Part shown: one piece after another, positions 12,230 to 22,720 of the stretch | Layout: each line of letters begins with the position of its first letter | How positions within the stretch are numbered: position 1 is the stretch's first letter | DNA from: Octopus bimaculoides | Lineage: Eukaryota | DNA length: 38,266 bases | Direction of reading: 5' to 3' | NCBI RefSeq assembly: GCF_001194135.2 | Contig: NC_069005.1 | Location: forward strand, 25,728,093 to 25,766,358 | Translations under genes and position numbers: made by a program | Notes under the pieces: model-generated | What the model was told of the DNA's origin: nothing | What the model saw: the letters and a program-made list of their open reading frames with translations, nothing else | Databases searched by the model: none

Positions 12230-12790
12230 ACCTGCCCTCACCCATGCATGACCTATTGACCATGCTTCCATGCTCACTCTTTCTCTCTTTACACCTTCCT
12301 CACCCTTACCCACCTTTTCTTTCCCCTTCACCTACCACCTCTCCCTCCACCCAATGCAACATTCTTCAGGCTTTCCACCACCTCCAATTCGACCCCCTCC
12401 ACCTCTCAAATCTTCCTCAACCTAGCACTTCCCTCCTTCAAACATGCCCACAACCTACACGCGACCTTCTGGCTCATAGCATCTCTCCAGTCCTGGCACC
12501 CAACCTGGCTCCTTCCCCTGCTCTCGCCTATGCTGCCACACCTACCTCTACCTCTCCAACGGCACACCACTATATCACCAATTCATTTATCTGCACCAAC
12601 AGTAATGTAATCTGTATCTCTTGCTCTCTCTGTCCTTCATCATACACTGGGCAAACAGGTCAGAGTTCAGATGACCAGTTTACCAAACATCTCCAGAGCA
12701 TCAGACTTGGCAATAATTATTACCTTTTGAGGTTTTGATTCCCATGCTGGCCACCTGATAGGATCGGTATTTTGAATAACAATCTTATCC
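12230..12790 (+). mobile_element. Decayed Penelope-like element: RT-EN linker and GIY-YIG endonuclease fragment
   Basis: FHHLQFDP...RDLLAHS, then ICTNSNVICISCSLCPSSYTGQTGQSSDDQFTKHLQSIR, matching the CxxxNVIYxIxCxxC..YxGxTxR....RFxEH pattern. Confidence 0.75.
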
Positions 12791-12807
12791 TTATCCTTAT
12801 ATAAATT

Positions 12808-12848
<41 letters not shown>

Positions 12849-13237
12849 NNNNNNNNNNNNNNNNNNNNNNNNNNNNNNNNNNNNNNNNNNNNNNNNNNNN
12901 NNNNNNNNNNNNNNNNNNNNNNNNNNNNNNNNNNNNNNNNNNNNNNNNNNNNNNNNNNNNNNNNNNNNNNNNNNNNNNNNNNNNNNNNNNNNNGAGCAAA
13001 ACGCATATAAATAAAAGTTCCTTTAATTCCTACACACGTTTCAAAATAAATGAGAGCTCTTTCACAAAGAAGAAAGAGCTGCTGGGATTCCTCATATATT
13101 TCTCTTCAGGTATCTCTACCTGTAAAACGGCTGTGATATCTTGTTTTTTAGTGTAATTTTGCTACCTCTGGTAACTATTAACATATTTAAATTATCAAAG
13201 GTCTTAATAACTGAGATAATATTAATATATACATAAA

Positions 13238-13289
<52 letters not shown>

Positions 13290-13715
13290 TGCATGATATG
13301 GTGAGAAATGTTAAGGTTAATGCCAAGCAAGAATATGCTTACATGATATCAGGGTGCTGTTCATCTGGTGCCTCCATTTATCTTGTTCTGCAGCCTCACT
13401 ATTTTGCTGGAAATAGAAAATATCATTTATCAACTTGTTACATTTGAACAGTTTTAACAAATAATTTGTGAAGATAGAGGCAAGAAAGTGGCTGTACTAC
13501 GAAATCTCTCTTTTCTTATGACAAGGAAAGAAAAGGTAGTGCCCCTAATATTTGCTGGCCCTTTACCAGACTTGTAAGGTAGAATATAGTGTTCCATTTA
13601 TTTGATTTAGAAAAGTCTTGAAGATAGAGCCCCAGTATGGTCGTAGCTTGATCCAATGGCTGAAACCTGTAAAACAACGAATAAATAAAATATATTTGAC
13701 CGATGGCCAACCAAC

Positions 13716-13832
13716 CTGAGCTTGTCCACCACCTATTGGTACATTTTCTGTCATCTGAGAGAGAACCTTCTCAAGACAAAAGGAGTCAGCGAAAGCAGAT
13801 GGCCGTCCAATTGTACTGCAATATGACATCTC
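13716..13832 (-). CDS. CEP192: CEP192 coding exon (EMSYCSTIGRPSAFADSF...GGGQAQ)
   Basis: Strong tttgcag acceptor, phase 0. Donor uncertain: CAG|gttggt (exon end 13716, phase 0) or G|gtggtg (exon end 13733, phase 1). Confidence 0.7.
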
Positions 13833-14900
13833 CTGCAAACAAGGGAAACAACAAAGATAACCAATATAGTTATGAGGTTAGGTGGTAGTACGACTTCTAA
13901 TTGAGTGTCCTGGTTGTTAGTGTTATTAATCGCAGGTCGTCATTTATCATGTAGATACGTAATCAAAAGCATTCCAACGCAGACCACTCCATTTTCAATG
14001 TTGTCTAATGTTCCCTTTCTGTCTTCTAAAAACAAAGTAGGCTCTTCTGATTTGACAGAAACGGAGGTTTGACTGTCATTCCTAGCAGACGAAATGAGAG
14101 TGAAAAAAAAAAAAAAAAAGAATCACAGTTACGTCCCTTTACATCCAGGGTCCAAATATCTCTAAAGTTAACTGTGCATCTTCCAATGAGCAATAAATAC
14201 CAGTGATATGTCAAGATAGACGCAATAGATTATCTCCCTTCTCCTCTATCTATGAATCCATGAGAATACGAGGGAGATAACTTTGCAAGCAACAGTTTTT
14301 TTAGGCTGAACAGAAAACGCATTTTCACAAAGAGAGACTATGATCAGTCCCAGAACCTGCTGGTCACAGTCCAATGACTGAAACAAGCGTAAGATATGAT
14401 TAAAAATTTTTTTTTTTTTATAAAATTAAATAAATAGGCACAGGTGTGGCTGTGTGGTAAGAAGTAAGAAATTTTCTTACCAACCACATGGTCCCGGGTT
14501 CAGTCCCACCTTGGTCAAGTGTCTTCTACTCTAGCCTCAGGCTGAACAAAGCCTTGTGAGTGGATTTGATAGATGGAAACTGAAAGAAGCCCATCATACG
14601 TGTGTGCATGTGTTTGCCCTGTTGCTGCCACCACCAGCACTGTTTAACAGCTGTTGGTTTGTTTTTATCCCCATAACTTAGCAGTTCAGCAAAAGAGACC
14701 AACAGAATAAGTACCAGGTTTAGCAAAAAAATAAAATTACTGAGATCAATACATTCAACTAAAAATTCTTTGAGGCAGTGCTCCAGCATGGCCACAGCCG
14801 CGTGACTGACTGAAACAAGCAAAAATATGAAAGGTAAAAGATACCTAAAAAAGAAAAAAAAAAAAAAAAGGTGAAGAAGAAGGGATTCTTGAATACTGAC

Positions 14901-14947
14901 CTCAAGGCTGTTGTCAATTCTTGGGGTCATGTTCAGAAAGTCAGTTT
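14901..14947 (-). CDS. CEP192: CEP192 short coding exon (KTDFLNMTPRIDNSLE)
   Basis: ttgctag acceptor, GAG|gtcagt donor; 47 bp, phase 1 to 0, fits both neighbours. Confidence 0.7.
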
Positions 14948-16152
14948 CTAGCAAATTAGAAGAAATAGACAAAAACATTCAGTAATGATTATAAGGGAGT
15001 CCTTATCACCTCCAACACGAAAATATTAAAAAAAAATTCTTTTAATTTTAATTGGAACGAATCCAGACATGTTATCGTCCTCTCCTGACACCAAACCTTG
15101 GACATAATTCTATCGATTAATGTGCCAAAATTGCCTTGATGCCCAGTCATCCGCTGATAAAAGAGTATGGTATATTTGGCTATACACTGTCCTGTGTACT
15201 TTATCTAAAGTCTAGCAGTATTTCGTCCATCACTATGTTCTGAATTTAAATTCTGCCAAGGTTGACCTTGCCTTTCATCCTTTCGGGGTTGACTAAATAA
15301 GTACCAGTTATGCACTGGAGTCGATGTAATCGTCTTAATCCCTTCCCCCAAATTTGAGGCCTTGTGCTTCCAGTAGGAAGAATTATTTGCATTGAATTGC
15401 CATCAAATAGAAAGATTGTGTGTGCGTGTGTGTGGTACGTTACCTATTTCGGTATTCCCTACCTCTAACCATCTATGATCACTTTACACTCTAGTAAACA
15501 TATCTAATCCCACCCCCATCCTCCTAATATTCACCTTCTAGTACAATGATTCTCAACCATGGTCCATATGGCCCTTGGGGGTCCACATAAGATTTTCTCC
15601 TTAAAATTTATCTGCAGTAAATTGGTTAAACTTCTAAAATACACAAAATATTAAAATTTTTAATACAATTCCTAATATCATCATTATCATTTAACATCCG
15701 TTTTCCATGCTGGCGTGGGATGGACAGTTTGACAGGAGCCACCTGGGCTCTATTTTGTCTATTGTGGCATGGTTTCTACAGATGGATGCCCTTCCTAATG
15801 ACAACCCCTTTACAGAGTGTACTGGGTGCTTCTATGCATTCGTCTGACATCTATGCTTTCATCTGGCACCAGCACAAGTAATATTTAATCATAAAAATAT
15901 AATTTGAATTTTTTAAAACATTAGATAGCTAGGATGATCCCTCCGAGTGAAACAGGGATCAAAACTATCTTAGTACTTTGAGAGTATGTCCTGACACCTC
16001 ATCACCAACAACATCTCCCTTTTTCCAGCTGGGGCAGCCATGTATCTCCTCCAGAGCAAGACACCTTGTCCCTATACCTCTATCATACTCTTACCTCTGA
16101 ACACCCGACATTAAGGCTACCTCCCTTAATATTAAGCAAGAGACGGAGGACT

Positions 16153-16377
16153 TTAACCCTTTAGGATTTAAACTAGCCATATCCAGCCCAAATATTCTTC
16201 CTGTTTTATGTTCAAAGTGGCCCAATCTTTCACACCTACCCTACAACGTTAGTCTAAAAAAATATATAGTTACATAATCAAAATCTCATGGCTACAAGAT
16301 AATGCAGGATAAATTCAAAATAACGTGAATAAATAAACAGTATATTTGATAGAGTAACCTAAATTCCAAAGGGTTAA
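16153..16377. mobile_element. piggyBac-type MITE, second family
   Basis: TTAA-ccctttag ... ccaaaggg-TTAA. Confidence 0.75.
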
Positions 16378-16409
16378 GTTCATTCAATGCAGCAGCTGTG
16401 GGCTGGTAG

Positions 16410-16580
16410 GGACCTCGTGGCAGGCCCTACATCAGATGGCTGGACATGATTGGGGAGGATCTCTAGATGCATGACGTTACCTTGGAGGAGGCAGAGGGAC
16501 GGGCACAGGACCGCCAGCAATGGAGAGCACTGATGAACTTGGTCGGCTCTACACATGAAGACGCCTCTGGGACCACTAAC
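16410..16580 (+). mobile_element. RTE-clade LINE ORF2 C-terminal fragment
   Basis: My translation: PRGRPYIRWLDMIGEDL*MHDVTLEEAEGRAQDRQQWRAL. Confidence 0.75.
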
Positions 16581-16984
16581 TTGGAATGACCCCAGCCCCA
16601 TAGAGCAAGAGCATGAAGCCAAGTCCTCAATACGATATCCCCACTCAACCAAGACATCTAGTCTTGCAAAGCCACATAGCAACCTCACTCGTGCCAGCAA
16701 CACAAAAAGAAGCATCCAAAACACTCTGTAAAGAGGCTGGTGTTAGGAAGGGCAGCCAGCTGTAGAAACTACATCGAAACAGACAGGAGCTCAACACTGC
16801 CCTCTCGACCCAGTGAATCCTGTCAAACTCTGCCAGCATAGAATACAGACACTAAGTGAGGAAAGAAAGAACAGGAGAGGGAAGGAGAAAAAAAGGAAGA
16901 TGGAGAAAGATAGATACATACATACATAGACAGAGTAAGCAAGCGAGAGAGAGATGCGCACACACACACACACACAAAACTTAC

Positions 16985-17401
16985 TTGGTTTTCCAAGGTC
17001 AACATGTGGAAGCTTTGTACTTGCAGAACCCTTTAAAGACAACAAAGATATCTCCTTGAGATTGTCTTCTATCAGATCTAGAATCGGTTGAGCTTCTTCA
17101 GGATCTTCAAGTTCAAACTCGCTGTCCAGCATCTGCAAATCCTCTTCCTTCAACTCAACAGGGGGCTGCTTAGAGCTGTCGCCCATGCTTAACATTTGCA
17201 TCTGAAGGAACGCCTGCGTCACATCCAAACGACCATTACCTGCAACGGACAGCTTCCTCTGGGCGTTATCAACATTTCCCAAGGCATGGCGTCGGACTAA
17301 CTCAATGTCAGACAACCTGGAAGACCGAGAGAGATTGGCTGTTTCTTTGGCAGAATCAACATTGGTTTGATTGAGAGGATTCAACAGAGATTCCATTCCA
17401 C
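16985..17401 (-). CDS. CEP192: CEP192 coding exon (SGMESLLNP...VDLGKP), acidic region
   Basis: tgcag/gtaagt sites, 417 bp, phase 1-1, open frame. Confidence 0.85.
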
Positions 17402-17932
17402 CTGCAGTAAAAAAAAATATAGATTATGAAAGAGTGTGTGTGTGTGTGTGTGTTGGGGGTGAGGTGGAATTTCACCATTTAGTGTTTGTTTTTCATGTCC
17501 TGGGGGCAATTTACTCAACTAAAGGCGGTGCTCCAGCATGGCCGCAATCAAATGACTGAAACAAAAGAACATTGTTCAGGGTTCAATCCCACTGTGGCAA
17601 GTCCCACCTTTTACTATAGCCTCAGGCCGACATAAGACTTGTGAATCACATTTGGCAGACGGAAACTGAAGGAAGCCTGTTGTGTATATTTATTTCTATT
17701 TGCGTGTGGGTTTATCTCCCTCTCCTGCTTGACAATTGGTGTTGGTATGTTTACATCCTCGTAACTTGGTGGTTTGGCAAAAAGAGTGACAGAATGAATA
17801 AGAGCCAGGCTGAAAAAAAATAAGTACTAAAGTTGATTCATTCAACTAAAAAATTCTTTAAGGTTGTACCCCAGCATGGCCACAGTCTAATGACTGAAAC
17901 AAGTAAAAGACTGGAGATATCTCAGACATATA

Positions 17933-18189
17933 TGGCCACGGGCATATGTCATAGTGGTTAAGAGAGCGGGCTACTAACCCCGAGATACCGAGTTCAATTC
18001 CAGGCAGTGACCTGAATAATAATAATATCAAAAAATACCTTAGGAATGAGAACCCAGGTTCGAAATTTCCCCAAGACACCTGATGAAGGCTGGAGGGTAT
18101 ATCAGCCGAAAAGTTGTGCTAACAACAAACAAGATGAGGACAAATATCCATCGAAAGTAAATAATGTAATTCCCCATCTCTTAAATACA
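17933..18189 (+). mobile_element. tRNA-headed short element with hammerhead-like tail, copy 1 (3' end interrupted by a MITE)
   Basis: A box tgtcatagtgg (17947), B box gagttcaattcc (17990), (aat)n, CTGATGA core at 18080; near-identical to 21280-21540. Confidence 0.8.
18075..18120 (+). ncRNA. Minimal type I hammerhead ribozyme-like motif (mutated copy)
   Basis: GACAC-CTGATGA-A-GGCTG(10 nt)CAGCC-GAAAA-GTT-GTGCT; position 15.2 C>A and one stem I mismatch. Confidence 0.55.
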
Positions 18190-18401
18190 CAGGGTGTCCA
18201 CAAAGTCTGGGTACATTGGGATTAACACATACTTTAAGAAATTATTATTTCTTATATTTAATTGTTTATGTCATGATTTTATTTACTCCATGTACCCACA
18301 TGGGGATTAACACATACTTTAAGTAATTATTATTTCTTATATTTAATTGTTTATGTTATGATTTTATTTACTCCATGTACCCAGACCTTGTGGACACCCT
18401 G
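18190..18401. mobile_element. Tc1/mariner-type MITE with an internal ~84-bp tandem duplication
   Basis: Terminal inverted repeats cagggtgtccacaa(a/g)gtctgggtacat; TA target (left copy reads CA). Confidence 0.8.
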
Positions 18402-18514
18402 TAGAACTGCATCAGTTACAATGCTTAACAAGAAGGTTGAATCCATTTTTGGTTAAACACAGAAGATTGCCCTCCTTTATTACAAGAAATCAGAAAATGT
18501 GAGGGGAAACTTAC

Positions 18515-18636
18515 TCTGAAGAAGTTCATCCGGAATAAGACCAAGAGATGAAGCATTTGAGAGAATAGAATTCTCAGAATAAGCAGATATATTGTAAGAT
18601 TCCACTGCTGGAAAATTTGGTATAATGGTAGCAGAT
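18515..18636 (-). CDS. CEP192: CEP192 coding exon 2 (SATIIPNFPAVESY...IPDELLQ)
   Basis: poly-T + acag acceptor, A|gtaagt donor; 122 bp, phase 2 to 1, fits both neighbours. Confidence 0.8.
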
Positions 18637-18826
18637 CTGTTATAAAAAAATACAAAAAAAGGTTTAATTTTTAGAAAGATTCTTTGCCATCACAAACAAT
18701 AAATAAAATATAAATAATCAGTGCCACATAAAAAACACCCAGTCCAATAAGAGACAGGATGGTCATGATTGGAATGCCTTCAATCATAAGAGCTGCCATA
18801 CGAGAACTGTCCTAGAGTTAACCATT

Positions 18827-19215
18827 GTTTGTTGTTGGCACTCCGTCGCTTACGACGTCGAGGGTTCCAGTCGATCTGATCAACGGAACAGCCTGCTCGT
18901 GAAATTAACGTGCAAGTGGCTGAGCACTCCACAGACACGTGTACCCTTAACGTAGTTCTCGGGGATATTCAGCTTGACACAGTGTGACAAGGCTGACCCT
19001 TTGAATTTACAGGCACAACAGAAACAGGAAGTAAGAGTGAGAGAAAGTTGTGGTGAAAGAGTACAGCAGGGTTCGCCACCATCCCCTGCCGGAGCCTCGT
19101 GCAGCTTTAGGTGTTTTCGCTCAATAAACACTCACAACGCCCGGTCTGGGAATCGAAACTGCAATCCTATGACCGTGAGTCCGCTGCCCTAAACACTGGG
19201 CCATTGCGCCTCCAC
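18827..19215 (-). mobile_element. Full-length tRNA-derived SINE (octopus OR1/OR2-like; family name from memory)
   Basis: Head gtggaggcgcaatggcccagtg with A/B boxes, (aac)n tail, 12-bp target-site duplication gagttaaccatt (18815, 19217). Confidence 0.85.
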
Positions 19216-20034
19216 TGAGTTAACCATTACCAGCAAATAAAGACATAATATAAATGGTAGTCTTAGATACATCACCATTTAGCGTCCGTTTTCCATGCTA
19301 ACAAGGATAAGATTGGTCGACTGGATCTAGTAATCCAGAGAGTTGCACCGGGATCCAGTCTGATTTAGCCTGGTTTCTACAGTTGGATGTCCTTCTTAAC
19401 ACCAACCACTGTATAATGAGTGTGTCTTACGTGCCACCGGCACGGGTGCCTTTTGTGTGTCAGGTGATGGTAATGGCTGGAATTCTGATCATAATCCTGT
19501 TCAATTAAATCATCATCATCATCATTGTCGTTGGTTGGACGATTTGACTGAGGACTGGTGAAACCAGATGGCAACACCAGGCTCCAATCTGATTTGGCAG
19601 AGTTTCTACAGCTGGATGCCCTTCCTAACGCCAACCACTCCGAGAGTGTAGTGGGTGCTTTTACGTGCCACCAGCACGAAGGCCAGTCAGGCGGTACTGG
19701 CAACGGTCATGCTCAAAATGGTGTATTTTATGTGCCACCCGCACAAGAGCCAGTCCAGGGGCACTGGCAACGATCTCGCTCAACAACAGCAATCTACAAT
19801 ATATACACGTTCTAATCATTGGATATACTCACTTGTCATTTGTCGTCTCTTTCTGGCTGACATTTCCTAAAGACGTCTTCCCAACTTCCTTACTGACATT
19901 CCCCAATGATGTCTTACCAGGCTTCTTGCCAGTTTTCCGGGGGATGAAACTCCTGGAATAAAAAAGGTAAACAAATGGAAGTAAAATAACTGATGTCATA
20001 AATACAGTTCCCTATCCAAGAACAGGCAAGAGAG

Positions 20035-20352
20035 TGGAGGCGCAATGGCCCAGTGGTTAGGGCAGCGGACTCGCGGTCATAGGATCGCGGTTTCGATTCC
20101 CAGACCGGGCGTTGAGTGTTTATTGAGCGAAAACACCTAAAGCTCCACGAGGCTCCGGCAGGGGATGGTGGCGAACCCTGCTGTACTCTTTCACCACAAC
20201 TTTCTCTCACTCTTTCTTCCTGTTTCTGTTGTGCCTGTAATTCAAAGGGGCCAGCCTTGTCACACTGTGTCACGCTGAATATCCCCGAGAACTACGTTAA
20301 GGGTACACATGTCTGTGGAGTGCTCAGCCACTTGCACGTTAGTTTCACGAGC
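20035..20352 (+). mobile_element. Same OR-like SINE, cut by a gap
   Basis: Near-identical to 18827-19215, opposite orientation. Confidence 0.85.
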
Positions 20353-21216
20353 NNNNNNNNNNNNNNNNNNNNNNNNNNNNNNNNNNNNNNNNNNNNNNNN
20401 NNNNNNNNNNNNNNNNNNNNNNNNNNNNNNNNNNNNNNNNNNNNNNNNNNNNNNNNNNNNNNNNNNNNNNNNNNNNNNNNNNNNNNNNNNNNNNNNNNNN
20501 NNNNNNNNNNNNNNNNNNNNNNNNNNNNNNNNNNNNNNNNNNNNNNNNNNNNNNNNNNNNNNNNNNNNNNNNNNNNNNNNNNNNNNNNNNNNNNNNNNNN
20601 NNNNNNNNNNNNNNNNNNNNNNNNNNNNNNNNNNNNNNNNNNNNNNNNNNNNNNNNNNNNNNNNNNNNNNNNNNNNNNNNNNNNNNNNGTGTTTTCGTAG
20701 AAGATTCTGAATGTGAAGGGGATTTCGTGGCAGAAGTACAGGATTGTGTTGTCACTTCCTTCCTAAAAAAGAAGAATTAGGGAAAAAAAAAAAAAAAATT
20801 TTTTTTTAATTTTCTTTCATAAAAATTTTTTTTGTTGTTTTTTTAAATCACTGTAGAAATCAACATTTTAAAGATTACAAATTTTCAGCTATTACCCTCA
20901 CTGATGGTTCAATTAATTGAGACAGATATACAAGGGGTGCTGAATAGTTTCTGGTTTTAAAGGTATTGTGAAATGCCTGGTTGGAAGCCCAACCTTCTGA
21001 GTTCTTTTACAGGACTTAGAAAAACTTAAGGACTGCTGCAATAAGTGTGAATCTGAGATGGGAATATGATGGATAAAATCATAATTGACTGATCCTCCTG
21101 TATTTTCTTTTGCCCAAAGCCAAGAACTTTTCAGCACCCCCTCATAAATCAGTTTCAAAATTTGGCACAAGACCAGCAACTTTGGGGGAGGCGCAAGTCG
21201 ATTACATCAACCCCAG

Positions 21217-21540
21217 TACATTATTTACATTTGAGGATATTTGTCCTCGTCTTGTTTGTTGTTAACAACGTTTCAGCTGTGGCATAGTGGTTAAGAGTGT
21301 GGGCTACTGACCCCAAGATTCCAAGTTCAATTTCAGGCAGTGACCTGGATGATGATAATGATAATAATAACAGCAAAAAATAACTTAGGAATAAGAACCC
21401 AGGTTCGAAATTTCCCCAAGACACCTGATGAAGGCTGGAGGGTATATCAGCCGAAACGTGTTAACAACAAACAAGATGAGGACAAATATCCGTCAAATGT
21501 AAATAATGTATGCAATTCCTCATCTCTTAAATACAGAACT
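21217..21540 (+). mobile_element. Same element, copy 2: 5'-truncated and preceded by an inverted copy of its own tail
   Basis: 21217-21279 is the reverse complement of 21448-21510; possible 12-bp target-site duplication atc(a/g)accccagt. Confidence 0.8.
21420..21462 (+). ncRNA. Minimal type I hammerhead ribozyme-like motif (copy with deletion at the cleavage site)
   Basis: GACAC-CTGATGA-A-GGCTG(10 nt)CAGCC-GAAAC-GTGTT; lacks the GTT triplet seen in the other copies. Confidence 0.55.
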
Positions 21541-21722
21541 ATATTATCGACCCCAGTGTTCAACTGTTCCTTATTTTATCGTCCCTGAAAGGATGAAAGG
21601 CAAAGTCGACCTTGGCAGAAAATGAACCCAGAACAAAATGCCACTAAACATTTTGCCCAGCACTAACAATTCTGTCATATTGAAATTTCAACAGTATGGA
21701 GAAATGAAAAGGAAATACTTAC

Positions 21723-21850
21723 TTTGCAGTTGATGTAGCAAGAGGAATCGGTGAACTACAGATGGTCTCATTAATAAAAGAACCAGTTCGAAATATTTTC
21801 TCTTTCACTAAACTTCCAGTAGTTGGTGATTGAGACACATTTCCAGCCAT
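21723..21850 (-). CDS. CEP192: CEP192 probable first coding segment (MAGNVSQSPTTGSLVKEKIFRTGSFINETICSSPIPLATSTA)
   Basis: ATG in AGCATGG context, acceptor just upstream (exon start 21864), AA|gtaagt donor (phase 2); PIPLATST resembles human N-terminal 'GLPVAVST' (recalled). Confidence 0.7.
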
Positions 21851-22479
21851 GCTGGTGGCACCATCTTTGGAAACAAGAAAAAATCACACAAAATGTCTGA
21901 GTTGAGTACAAATAACATTATATTTTTTCAGATCGTCAACTTCATCTCCACACATGAAACAGTTTTAGATTATTTACACAACTTTTTTTTCATCAACTTG
22001 ATCTTTGATTATCAGATGTCTTATTTTTTGTTATGTGTATGGTGGGCAAGAAATAGGATCCAGTTGCTTTTAATTTTGTAAGTTGTGTCTTATTCTTAAC
22101 TGCTTGTCATGTCTTATAAAGGGTATAAGTTACAATTGCAAAGTATAGTCTTTAAACCCAAACTGTAGCATGTTAGGGTGGAGAAGTGTAATCTGATGAT
22201 TGAAAAGTTTATCCCTATAAATTTCATTAAAAAAAAAAAAAACTACTATCTATAGAATGAGGTTAAATGGTAAAACTAATTTAGAATCTACTAACATTTT
22301 GTTCTTAGAAACGGAAGGTCTTCTACTGAAAACCTCCTTCATTGAAGGTCTTCAATCTGATTTAGGATTTATGGGAGGGAGGTTAAAAAATTTCCTTTTT
22401 TCATCATCAAAGGACTTCCCGTGTCTAAAATGCAAATTTGCAGACATCTTCTGAAGATCCAAAAAAACAAAAGTTTTGA

Positions 22480-22720
22480 GGGGCTTATAGGCGAAAGTAA
22501 AGAAAGTACACGCTCGGTGGTTAGGTTAGGGTTTTTGTTACACCGAAAACAGGTGGTGTGAGTGTTCTTTACCTCTGCCGGGGTTATACGGGGTGATTAA
22601 ACCAGAATTTCGCCGAATTTATCACTGAAGAGCCTAATTTAAAGATTTTTTTCTTCATTTATTTGTTCTTGAGATATTAATCAACATGTCTCGCCGTCAT
22701 TACGTGTTCATATCGTAATG
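22480..22720 (-). promoter_or_regulatory. Putative CEP192 promoter / non-coding first exon (donor CAGAG|gtaaag, exon end 22573)
   Basis: Local CpG-rich unique sequence, good donor site, no long ORF; inference only. Confidence 0.4.

Noticed and set aside
13010-13120. Possible CEP192 exon VEIPEEKYMRNPSSSFFFVKELSFILK
   Set aside because: Weak splice sites; the hammerhead-like core and long hairpin fit a Penelope terminal repeat better. Not fully excluded.
22257-22454. Plus-strand 65-aa ORF, or an extra minus-strand CEP192 exon
   Set aside because: All three minus frames contain stops; the plus ORF has no recognisable homology or splice support.
22487-22640. taggcgaaag and ctgaagagccta as a permuted (type II) hammerhead
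   Set aside because: No NUH cleavage triplet before the putative stem I and no stem III.
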